Part shown: piece by piece, positions 55,885 to 64,000 of the stretch
Numbering within the stretch: position 1 is the first letter of the stretch
Layout of the letters: the number at the start of each line of letters is the position of its first letter
Virus record (IMG/VR): IMGVR_UViG_3300026549_000029
Span: 192,001 to 256,000 of that record
Origin: a virus
Taxonomy: Duplodnaviria; Caudoviricetes
Length of the DNA: 64,000 nt
Strand: one strand, 5' to 3'
Notes under the pieces: model-generated
Database searches by the model: none
The model's input: only the letters and a program-made list of their open reading frames with translations
What the model was told of the DNA's origin: nothing
Made by a program: the position numbers and the translations under genes

Positions 55885-55910
55885 AGGAGTAGGGATAAAA
55901 CCCTACTCCT
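55885..55910. terminator. Bidirectional intrinsic terminator
   Basis: AGGAGTAGGG-ataaaa-CCCTACTCCT between convergent genes. Confidence 0.8.
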
Positions 55911-55916
55911 TTTATT

Positions 55917-56846
55917 TTATTTAATTGATTTAAGAGCAGATTCAATATATTCAGAATCTACCTTTTCAATCTTAAGACTAGATACCATCTCAAGAAGAGT
56001 ATACATACATCTAGCAGATTCTACAATCTTATCCATATCAAGTCTACCATTATCAAGACTAAATTGTTCTTTGATAACTTGATCTTTCAATACAGCTTCA
56101 GAAATATTTCTAACCATTCTATCAAATACATTATGATAGCTTTCATGCTGAATATTATAAATCTTATCTTTAGCAATTCTCATTTCAGACTCTTCTACAG
56201 CTTCAGAATAATCATTATCATTTGAAGCCTTAGCATTCTGAACTCTCTCTGCTGTATCTTTAAGAATAGTTTTGATATCTTCTTTATCAGCCTGATTCTT
56301 ATTAATAAAATCTTCTTCAGCATTAGATACTCTAAGTCTAATCATATTAGTGACATCATCAATATCATTATTCTTATCAATATTATCCCAGAAATCTTCA
56401 ATAGCTTTAGGATCAATAGTTTGAGAAGTTACATCTTCAGCATTTGCATCCTTAGTAATATCATCAAAAGCTTCCTGTTCTGCTTCATAAATACTTACAA
56501 GAAGACCAGATTTAGAAAATCTCATATTCTTAAGAATAGTATCTACACCGGTAGATTCAATATAGCTACCAAGCAGGCTATCACAAAGAGCAGCTTCTCT
56601 ATCAGTAATATGGAAAATAGAACCTTTATAGATTCTTCCAAGAGCTTCAGTAAGAAGAGTCTTCTTTACATCAGCTTTATAAGTATAGAAGTTATCAATC
56701 TTAGCTTCATGCATAAGCTTAGCATTATCAATCTCTTCTCTAAGTTTATTCATATTTTCAATCTCTTGCTTTCTAGCATTTTCAGCAAGAGTTCTTTTAA
56801 ATTCTTTTCTTTCTTTAAGATAATTTCTATCTTCTCTGAGTCCCAT
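55917..56846 (-). CDS. Probable virion structural/head assembly protein
   Basis: 309 aa, helical, with xxE sites; late promoter AACTTACATATA at 56875-56886. Confidence 0.55.
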   Translation of the reverse strand: MGLREDRNYLKERKEFKRTLAENARKQEIENMNKLREEIDNAKLMHEAKIDNFYTYKADVKKTLLTEALGRIYKGSIFHITDREAALCDSLLGSYIESTGVDTILKNMRFSKSGLLVSIYEAEQEAFDDITKDANAEDVTSQTIDPKAIEDFWDNIDKNNDIDDVTNMIRLRVSNAEEDFINKNQADKEDIKTILKDTAERVQNAKASNDNDYSEAVEESEMRIAKDKIYNIQHESYHNVFDRMVRNISEAVLKDQVIKEQFSLDNGRLDMDKIVESARCMYTLLEMVSSLKIEKVDSEYIESALKSIK

Positions 56847-56886
56847 AATAATAATTCTCCTTTAGAATCATTTTTATATGTAAGTT

Positions 56887-59800
56887 TTACATACCAGATA
56901 CATAAATATTGATATCTGGACTAAGAGTTCCATCATCATCAAATACATTAGTTACATTGAGGAACTCAGGTGCAATATGGATATCTATTTCATTATCATC
57001 ATCTCTATAAATGTGTTGGATATCTGCTCCATAAGAGTTAAATCCAAGATATTCAAAATACACAATTTGCTCTTTATAAGTATTAGTAATCTGAGTTACT
57101 AAATTAGGAATATGGACTTCACCTAATTTATCAAGATCTTCCATATATTCCTTAATATCTTTAATAATATTATCTCTAGTGTAAGAATCTTTACTAGACT
57201 GAAGCTTGATTCTAAAGTTAAGAGTAAGATTTACTCTATCAATATATTCTTTCTCTTCATCAAGAATATTATTAGCATTAGTATCCCTAATAATATAATA
57301 AGTATGAGAAGGACCATAAGTATTAAATAATTTAAAATCAATTCCAAATGAATTTTCTAATTTATCTATTACAGAATCTATATAAGATTTTCTATAATTT
57401 AATCCATTTATAGCTTCTTGTACAAGAATTTCATTATTACAGTAATCGTATCCTAATACAGGTACACTATAAATATAGTACCCCTCTAATGTCATGGTAC
57501 TATTACCTTCTTCATCAGTATTAGTGGTTCCATATGGAACTATCTGGGAACCCATAATACCAGAATAGTTATGATACATAGTAACACCATTTACTACATC
57601 ATAGATATTGGTTACTGTCCAATTTCTGTCAATAAGAGGTACATAGTTCATTAAATTATATTTAGAATAATCTCCTAATCCACAGAGCATATAAATAACC
57701 ATCTTACTAGTAGGCTCCATGAATCCAGATTCTATATAAGTTTTTTCGGCTCTAATCTGATATTCTGTACCATTTACTGTTACTAATATACTTTCTTCTT
57801 CTACAAAAGCTTCATTCATAGAGATATAAACTTCTTCATGATTAGTATTTTCTCCTTCTACTATAAAGCTAAAAATCTTCTCATTAGTAGAATAGTAGTC
57901 TTCTATATCTCCAGTGATATCAAATCTAGCAATAAAATCAGAAAGTTTTTCTGTAAACTTACCATCTGACATTAAATTATACTCTCTAAAGTCACAAGTA
58001 AATTTACACTGAAATACTCTATCTTCTCTTACATTAATAGGAGTCATATTTTCTACTTTAATATTATTATCATTATCAAATACATCAGTAGCGTAGAAAT
58101 CCTGTTCAAATGTAAAAGTATAAGTCGTTTCATCCCAAGAAGTTAAATTCATTGTTCTATATCTATAAGGTATATCATTCTTATAGAATAAAACTATAGC
58201 TTTAACTAAAGGAGTAGTCTTATTACCTGATTCATCTGTAGGGAATAATCCTAAATCTTCCTGTACAGATTGCATAGCATTAAAACTAAGATGATATGTT
58301 TCTTTATTATCTCCTAAGAAGTCTCTAGTCCATCTGATATTATTAGCAATAAACTGAATATCAGATCCTTCATATACATAATCATAATGTAAATAAGGAT
58401 TTTCATCCATAGACATCATGTAAAATGCTGAATATAAATGATATCCATTTATACTAATAGCATATGGATTAGTATAAGTAAATCCTTCATTTCTAATATT
58501 TTTTTCTACAGGTTCTACAGCATATTCATACTCTTCATTTTCTATAGAATGAGAGAATGGTACATATTCCAATCCTTCAGAAAGAATAATATCAATTCTA
58601 GGTTGAGTATTACTATTAGGAGATCTATAAGTATATTTAAATTCAATTATATCACCTTCTCTTAATACAGTAGGCATATTAGTAGCATTAAGCGAAGGAA
58701 TATAAGATGTATATTTATATTCTACATCATTAGATGTTAATATAAGAGTCTGATATCTTACATAAGCTTCTGGATCTCTAACATAAAGTTTAGTTTCTTC
58801 TACATAACCATCAATTTTTATAATACGAGAGAAATCATCTCCAGAAATATCTAATTCTGAAATAGCAAATACATTCTCAATTATATTATCGGTCTGAGAT
58901 ACAGTTAAAGTAACTAAACCTTGTTCAGCCCAAATATCAATAGTCTTTTCTCCTTCAAAGGATTGAAGAATATTGATAGTATATTCATTACTTTCTTCTC
59001 TTATAATTTCAAAAGTTTCTGTATCATAATTATCTGCATAGAGAATTCTAGTATATACACCACAGATTGCAGCTATATCATCAAAATCTCCAGTAGTCTT
59101 ATTAGAATTTAAAGATGTATAAAGACTACCATTTCTAAAAGTAGTAACTTTATTAGGATTATTATTTAATCTATATTCAAGAGCAATAACAATTCTTGTA
59201 TTCTTCTCATATCCTCTAAATGCAATAGGAATAGAATCAAAATATGTTTTATTCTCTTCATATCCAGGAATATAGTAATATCCTTTAATAAAATCTAAAC
59301 AATCTAATTCTGAATCTTGTAATCTAATAACAGGATCATTTTGTTTGGTTACATACTCAAACTTATAAAGATATCTTTTTCCTACTGACATAAGCATAAA
59401 ATCTTCTACATCAATAGGATTAGCAGAATTTGGATATAAAGTATAATTATCTGGTATTACAATACAACCAGCAGAATTACCATCTACTAATACTTCTGCA
59501 GATACACTATCTACAGTAGCATCAATAATCTTAGCTTTAAAAGATCCATTAACTAATTGACCTCTAGCTACAGCTCCAGCTACTAAAGTTTCTTGAGTAG
59601 CCTGAAGAGGATTATGATTTATATATCCCATTCCATTTTCATCTAATTTAATACAAGCTCCAGATTTAAGAGTATATCTATCAGATAAAGATCCAGGAAT
59701 TCTAGTAGATACTAAATCTTCTAATCCTACTTTAAGATCTATAGTATTAGAAGGAATAATGTTATTATTACTATCTTTAGCTACCATATAACCATAATAA

Positions 59801-60975
59801 ACTCTTTCTATCTGATTATCAATCTTTTTCTGAATTACTATTCTACCATCTTCTGTATCTAATGTAGAGAAATAGTTATTTAGATCAGTAATAGTAGTTA
59901 AAGATCCTCTAGAGAGTAATTCTTTAGGAATTAAAGCCTGTAATTCTTCTTTAGATTTTCTATTTCTACCATTAGCAGAAGAAGTAACAGGATCTAATAT
60001 CATAGGAATATTTTTATATCCATAATTATCAGAGGATAAAGATACGGCAATCTGACCTCTATGGTCAAAATTACCATCTAAACCTTTAGTAGTCTTAATA
60101 AGTACATTAATATTTGCATTAAGACCAGGCATATAAGATTTTCTATCAAATCTTATTCTGATAAGATTAGTATCAATATATTGATACCAACAATAATACA
60201 TATAAGCATTATCTGGTACACTAGCACCTTCAAAGACAGGTTGTAAATACTTTACCTCATCTGATTCGTCAACTTCTACTTCAAAATATGCTAACTGATC
60301 TTCAAATTCAAAATTAAGAGTTTTATTATCAACAATATTAGAAGTAACAAGTTTCTTATGTTCTACAGTATGAGAAACTTGAGATAAAGTAGTAGTAATA
60401 TAAATATAATTTTGCCCTCCAATATTAACAATAGCGGGAGGAGAAATATAAGGATTACCAGTAGAGAGATCTACAGAAGAAGTAGGTACTTCTCTTCTAT
60501 CTGGAATATTATACCAAGCTGCATAAGTATTTACATCTTTATCTGGAATATAAATCTGTTTTAAAATAATATCATATTCTAAGTGAAATTCATAATCACC
60601 AATATATATTGGGCATTCCCTATCAATAGTAAATGTACTGGTAGATCTGTTAAGATAATAATCAACATCTGATTCTTTAAGAATCAGATATATAGTCATC
60701 TTAGCAGGAATAGCATTAATGTCCTCAATATTAGCCATTATAGCATGAGTAATTACATTTCTCTCAAGTCTTGCTCTGGAAGGAAATGATTCATTAGATA
60801 ACTCTCCAGTCATTTGGACTTGAGTTTGTAATCTATGAGACTCTAGAGCACCAATATAACCATACATTCCAATGGCCAGAGTCTCATCAGTCTCATTTTC
60901 TATAAAAGTCTTTTTAACGTCATCTACTAATTGTGATAAATTGTAGATATCTGAATTTACTGATTTCTTAGCCAT
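56887..60975 (-). CDS. Baseplate wedge subunit (T4 gp6-like)
   Basis: NESFPSRARLERNV..HA..AIPA, IRIRF..MPG..V..KTTKG..GN, NGRNRKS.EEL, LTTITDL are gp6/BplJ-type motifs. Start moved to MAKKSV (SD AGGAG). Confidence 0.8.
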   Translation of the reverse strand: MAKKSVNSDIYNLSQLVDDVKKTFIENETDETLAIGMYGYIGALESHRLQTQVQMTGELSNESFPSRARLERNVITHAIMANIEDINAIPAKMTIYLILKESDVDYYLNRSTSTFTIDRECPIYIGDYEFHLEYDIILKQIYIPDKDVNTYAAWYNIPDRREVPTSSVDLSTGNPYISPPAIVNIGGQNYIYITTTLSQVSHTVEHKKLVTSNIVDNKTLNFEFEDQLAYFEVEVDESDEVKYLQPVFEGASVPDNAYMYYCWYQYIDTNLIRIRFDRKSYMPGLNANINVLIKTTKGLDGNFDHRGQIAVSLSSDNYGYKNIPMILDPVTSSANGRNRKSKEELQALIPKELLSRGSLTTITDLNNYFSTLDTEDGRIVIQKKIDNQIERVYYGYMVAKDSNNNIIPSNTIDLKVGLEDLVSTRIPGSLSDRYTLKSGACIKLDENGMGYINHNPLQATQETLVAGAVARGQLVNGSFKAKIIDATVDSVSAEVLVDGNSAGCIVIPDNYTLYPNSANPIDVEDFMLMSVGKRYLYKFEYVTKQNDPVIRLQDSELDCLDFIKGYYYIPGYEENKTYFDSIPIAFRGYEKNTRIVIALEYRLNNNPNKVTTFRNGSLYTSLNSNKTTGDFDDIAAICGVYTRILYADNYDTETFEIIREESNEYTINILQSFEGEKTIDIWAEQGLVTLTVSQTDNIIENVFAISELDISGDDFSRIIKIDGYVEETKLYVRDPEAYVRYQTLILTSNDVEYKYTSYIPSLNATNMPTVLREGDIIEFKYTYRSPNSNTQPRIDIILSEGLEYVPFSHSIENEEYEYAVEPVEKNIRNEGFTYTNPYAISINGYHLYSAFYMMSMDENPYLHYDYVYEGSDIQFIANNIRWTRDFLGDNKETYHLSFNAMQSVQEDLGLFPTDESGNKTTPLVKAIVLFYKNDIPYRYRTMNLTSWDETTYTFTFEQDFYATDVFDNDNNIKVENMTPINVREDRVFQCKFTCDFREYNLMSDGKFTEKLSDFIARFDITGDIEDYYSTNEKIFSFIVEGENTNHEEVYISMNEAFVEEESILVTVNGTEYQIRAEKTYIESGFMEPTSKMVIYMLCGLGDYSKYNLMNYVPLIDRNWTVTNIYDVVNGVTMYHNYSGIMGSQIVPYGTTNTDEEGNSTMTLEGYYIYSVPVLGYDYCNNEILVQEAINGLNYRKSYIDSVIDKLENSFGIDFKLFNTYGPSHTYYIIRDTNANNILDEEKEYIDRVNLTLNFRIKLQSSKDSYTRDNIIKDIKEYMEDLDKLGEVHIPNLVTQITNTYKEQIVYFEYLGFNSYGADIQHIYRDDDNEIDIHIAPEFLNVTNVFDDDGTLSPDINIYVSGM

Positions 60976-62341
60976 TGACTTGTGTCTCCTTTGGTATACC
61001 ATACCATCTTAATTTATACTTTGGTCTATCTGCATTGACACTAAGCTGATTAGTAGAGAATTGTCTTCCATCTACTAAAGCAGCTACAGGTAATTCACCA
61101 TCAATCATACTTGTAGGATACATTCCATTTAAAATATTAGGAGTTCCTAAAGATGCTGTATCATAAGAATTATCGCCAACTTTTGTAGGAAGTTGCCCAA
61201 TTTTAGAGGCATATAATTCTTGAGAGAAAGCATTTTGTCTTACTACAGGTAGCCATACTTCTTTATTTATTCCATAAGCATCTATTACATTTCCCATAAG
61301 TTTATTAAACTGCTTTAATATAATGGGATTCATATCTTCCATAAAAGCAGATTTAAAACTAACAGAAAAAGTAAGTCCATCATTAAATAAAGGATCACTA
61401 AATGTTTCTCTAGGACAAGATGTGGGAAATACTCCCCAGAAATATGCATAATAAATAATAGTCTCCATATCTTCTGCTACAATAAATTTATATATACCCA
61501 TTGTATTATGGAGTCTTTTATATCTGTAATAATCTCTAGATGGAGGAGTTACTAAACCACTTTTTCTTGCTATATGATATTCAGTATAAGCTTTAAAAAA
61601 ATGATAAGTATCAAGATACTTATTATCTAAAAATTCAAGAGAAAAAGAAGGATTTTCATCTGCTTCTTCTGCATCTTTTAAATATTCATAACTTGTACCA
61701 AATATTGTAGATGGATTATCTAAAGTAGAAGCTTCTGATCCTGGCATTTCAAGATAACTATTTACAGAGAAGCTTAATAAATGACAAAATGGGTCTACAG
61801 TAGAAAAATTATCAGTACCAGGAGCACTTCTCTGTAGTTGTCTTATTACATTTGGATGAGATGTAATTAATTCTCTGAAATAAGAATTATTATCTAATTG
61901 AGGATTAAGAGTTAAATTATTATAAGTATCTAATGACTTAGAATAAAGAGAGCCTCCAGAAGATAAACCTAAATTATATACACTTTCAGACTTAGCAACT
62001 TTCATTCTAGTCTTTTTTCGTCTACCATTATCTGTCTGTATATTTACTACTTCATCTACAATACCAACTTCTTTTGCTGGCACTGCAATATGAAGATCAG
62101 GTTTAACAAAGAACAAATATTCTCTACAATCATTTAACTTTCCATAAGGATCAAGAGGTCTACCAAATCTAGAATATTTACTAAATCTAGCTTTCTCTAA
62201 TTCATTATTAGAATATAATCCTACAGATGACATAAACTGATCATTTAGATATTCTGTAGGTTTTAAAGTACTTGGGATTGTTCTAGAATCATTGGCTGTA
62301 CTTGGTTCTAGATTACTAAAATATTTGTTATTCTTAGCCAT
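60968..62341 (-). CDS. Tail tube-like / baseplate structural protein
   Basis: YLFFVKPDL...FSLEFLD...GVFPTSCP...FSVSFK fits the tube (gp19/gp54) fold pattern. Confidence 0.65.
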   Translation of the reverse strand: MAKNNKYFSNLEPSTANDSRTIPSTLKPTEYLNDQFMSSVGLYSNNELEKARFSKYSRFGRPLDPYGKLNDCREYLFFVKPDLHIAVPAKEVGIVDEVVNIQTDNGRRKKTRMKVAKSESVYNLGLSSGGSLYSKSLDTYNNLTLNPQLDNNSYFRELITSHPNVIRQLQRSAPGTDNFSTVDPFCHLLSFSVNSYLEMPGSEASTLDNPSTIFGTSYEYLKDAEEADENPSFSLEFLDNKYLDTYHFFKAYTEYHIARKSGLVTPPSRDYYRYKRLHNTMGIYKFIVAEDMETIIYYAYFWGVFPTSCPRETFSDPLFNDGLTFSVSFKSAFMEDMNPIILKQFNKLMGNVIDAYGINKEVWLPVVRQNAFSQELYASKIGQLPTKVGDNSYDTASLGTPNILNGMYPTSMIDGELPVAALVDGRQFSTNQLSVNADRPKYKLRWYGIPKETQVNG

Positions 62342-62372
62342 TTCTTATTTTAATACTCCCATTTTGAAATAT

Positions 62373-62440
62373 TATATTAAAGTTCAGGTTACTAATTATA
62401 ATGGGTAAAAGATAAAATAATAATATATTATAATAATGAA
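62373..62440. promoter_or_regulatory. Divergent late (-) / early (+) promoter pair
   Basis: AACTTTAATATA (minus, 62373-62384) and TATATTATAATAATGAA (plus, 62424-62440). Confidence 0.75.
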
Positions 62441-62493
62441 GAGATATTTATGATATACCTCTTGTTAATATATTAGGAGAAATAAAACGTAAC

Positions 62494-62742
62494 ATGGTAG
62501 GAAGATTTTTTAGTATAATTAGTAGGAATATAGACATGGACTATTTAATTAGAGCTGGAATAGTAGGTGCTATTCATTATTTTGGTGGAACTTTAGATAA
62601 TTATAATAAAAGAAGAGAAGTTGGATTTAAAATAATTGAATCTTTGGGTGGAGCTTTTGATGAAAGTAATAGAAAAGTTATGGCAAACTTTAAAGGTGAA
62701 GATTTTCAAGAAGATAGAAAAGTAATAGAATTTATAAAATAA
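62494..62742 (+). CDS. Hypothetical protein
   Basis: 82 aa; SD AGGAG; follows the early promoter. Confidence 0.65.
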   Translation: MVGRFFSIISRNIDMDYLIRAGIVGAIHYFGGTLDNYNKRREVGFKIIESLGGAFDESNRKVMANFKGEDFQEDRKVIEFIK

Positions 62743-62768
62743 ATAAAAAGAAAGTAGGACTATATATA

Positions 62769-62861
62769 ATGAATATAATAAATACTATTGGTCTTATATT
62801 ATTTAAAATCTTCATGGTTGTTATACTCTTATTTAATATAATAAGAGAACCTGAAGATTAA
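62769..62861 (+). CDS. 30-aa hydrophobic peptide (not in ORF track)
   Basis: MNIINTIGLILFKIFMVVILLFNIIREPED; AGGA upstream and a terminator at the stop. Confidence 0.4.
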   Translation: MNIINTIGLILFKIFMVVILLFNIIREPED

Positions 62862-62888
62862 AATAAAGAGTATATTACTCTTTATTTT
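62860..62888 (+). terminator. Intrinsic terminator
   Basis: AAAATAAAGAGTA-tat-TACTCTTTATTTT. Confidence 0.65.
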
Positions 62889-62955
62889 TTTAGAACATAA
62901 TATATTTTATTTTTTAACATTAGTATAATATTCATACCCTTTAGGAGGTAAACAG

Positions 62956-64000
62956 ATGTCAACACATCTGCACGAAGTTGTTGATCCTGAGACTATTAAA
63001 AATATAGGTCAATTGATCAGTGCTACAAAAGCAGGAATAGATGCTGCTAGTAATGGTAAAGCTACAACACGAGATTCATATTCTTATTCTTCTACAGCTA
63101 AAGCTGCATCTAAATTAATTGCTGTATATCCTGTATTAATTAGTAAAACTGTTAGTGCTAGTACAGCACAAATGGTTTCTAAATATATTGAGCAAAAGGG
63201 TTGTATTATTATTCAGCTTGCATTACAGATGATGAATATTTCTAATGCTGAAAATGGTGCTGAATACTTAAGAAGATTCCATCAAAATCTTAATATTGGC
63301 GGAGATGATGTTGCTGCTATGGCCAGTATTATTAATGCTATGCTTGGTGATATTGGAACGGCTAGATCTGTGCAGCATAATTCTGCTACTATTGCAGGAT
63401 CTATTATTAATGAAAAACTTAATGAATTTAATTTAGATAGTATGTTTGAAAATGATAATTCCATTAAAATTTCTAATCAACAGATGAAAGAATTAATGGA
63501 AATGTTTAGTGATGCTGAAAAGTATCAGATTTATGATACTGAATTAAATGAAAGAAGTATTAATGATTTTATAGTTAAAGAATCTGCTGGTGATTATAGA
63601 GTTACTTTTAAATCTTTTAATGAAGATTCTACTAAAAAATATGGTGGGTATACACCTGCAGAAATTGCTAATGATGATGAATTATATAAAAAATATGGAA
63701 GAACAAGAGAAATATATAATAATAATATAAAAGATAAAGATCGTAAAAAAGAACAAGAAAATGAAAGAGATACTAGAATTAAGAATACAGTAAAAAATGT
63801 TCAATTTCTTAAAGATCAAGATATTAAGAAAATGAATTCTGCTGTACCTTCTCTTATCATTGTAAGATTCTATAATTCTTCTACTGCTAGTGTAGCAACA
63901 GAATTTATTATTGGTGTTAAATCTAAAGCTCTTGCTGTTGATTCTAATGAAATTCTTAGACGTATCGCTAATGATAATAAAGATGGTAAAGCTTTTCTTA
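62956..64000 (+). CDS. Probable virion (head) structural protein, truncated by window end (missing from ORF track)
   Basis: SD AGGAGG. Translation MSTHLHEVVDP...SSTAKAASKLIAVYPVLIS...EYLRRFHQNL is open to the edge. Late promoter AACATTAGTATA at 62916-62927. Confidence 0.7.
   Translation, partial: MSTHLHEVVDPETIKNIGQLISATKAGIDAASNGKATTRDSYSYSSTAKAASKLIAVYPVLISKTVSASTAQMVSKYIEQKGCIIIQLALQMMNISNAENGAEYLRRFHQNLNIGGDDVAAMASIINAMLGDIGTARSVQHNSATIAGSIINEKLNEFNLDSMFENDNSIKISNQQMKELMEMFSDAEKYQIYDTELNERSINDFIVKESAGDYRVTFKSFNEDSTKKYGGYTPAEIANDDELYKKYGRTREIYNNNIKDKDRKKEQENERDTRIKNTVKNVQFLKDQDIKKMNSAVPSLIIVRFYNSSTASVATEFIIGVKSKALAVDSNEILRRIANDNKDGKAFL

Noticed and set aside
1129-63464. Many short antisense or off-frame ORFs in the track (e.g. 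1208..1522, 24736..25146, 43781..44131, 54179..54751, 56421..56912, 63282..63464)
   Set aside because: They lie inside longer motif-bearing genes, lack SD sites, and have the I/F/S/L-rich composition of shadow frames in AT-rich DNA.
1-64000. Alternative genetic code (TAG or TGA recoding, as in some gut jumbo phages)
   Set aside because: Very long ORFs are intact under code 11, coding density is high, and TAA, TAG and TGA all end genes next to terminators or downstream starts.
1-64000. CRISPR array, tRNA or rRNA genes, IS elements
   Set aside because: No regularly spaced direct repeats, cloverleaf-like GC-rich segments or transposase motifs were seen, and intergenic gaps are short. tRNAscan was not run.
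1-64000. Bacterial chromosome or eukaryotic giant virus origin
   Set aside because: Split RNAP genes, myophage baseplate and tape-measure genes, peptidoglycan hydrolases and SD-led operons all point to a jumbo bacteriophage.

Overview
This is a 64-kb segment of a very AT-rich (roughly one quarter GC by eye, not computed) jumbo myophage genome. It resembles the phiKZ/AR9-PBS1 type that encodes its own multisubunit RNA polymerase, and the host is most likely a Gram-positive Bacillota member (CHAP, NlpC/P60 and tail-lysozyme domains, strong GGAGG Shine-Dalgarno sites). Transcription genes: a truncated RNAP beta'-C subunit and a 1943-aa RNAP beta subunit with a ~900-aa N-terminal extension. Virion genes: baseplate/tail genes, a 3919-aa tape-measure protein ending in six peptidase/peptidoglycan-hydrolase modules, and probable internal head proteins with (F/L/I)-x-E processing sites, one of which carries tandem ADP-ribosyltransferase-like domains. 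Nucleic-acid and signalling genes: RusA, RNase H, a dATP/dGTP diphosphohydrolase, a minimal PolB-like palm protein, an atypical kinase next to a prion-like protein, and a degenerate response-regulator receiver. Two phage promoter classes can be read directly from the sequence: an exact 17-mer TATATTATAATAATGAA (probably early) and nAC(A/T)-N6-TA (AR9-like late), arranged back-to-back at three strand switches. About 15 intrinsic terminators are present. The genetic code is standard. I saw no tRNA, rRNA, CRISPR array, intron or IS. All family calls come from motif recognition by eye, not database searches.
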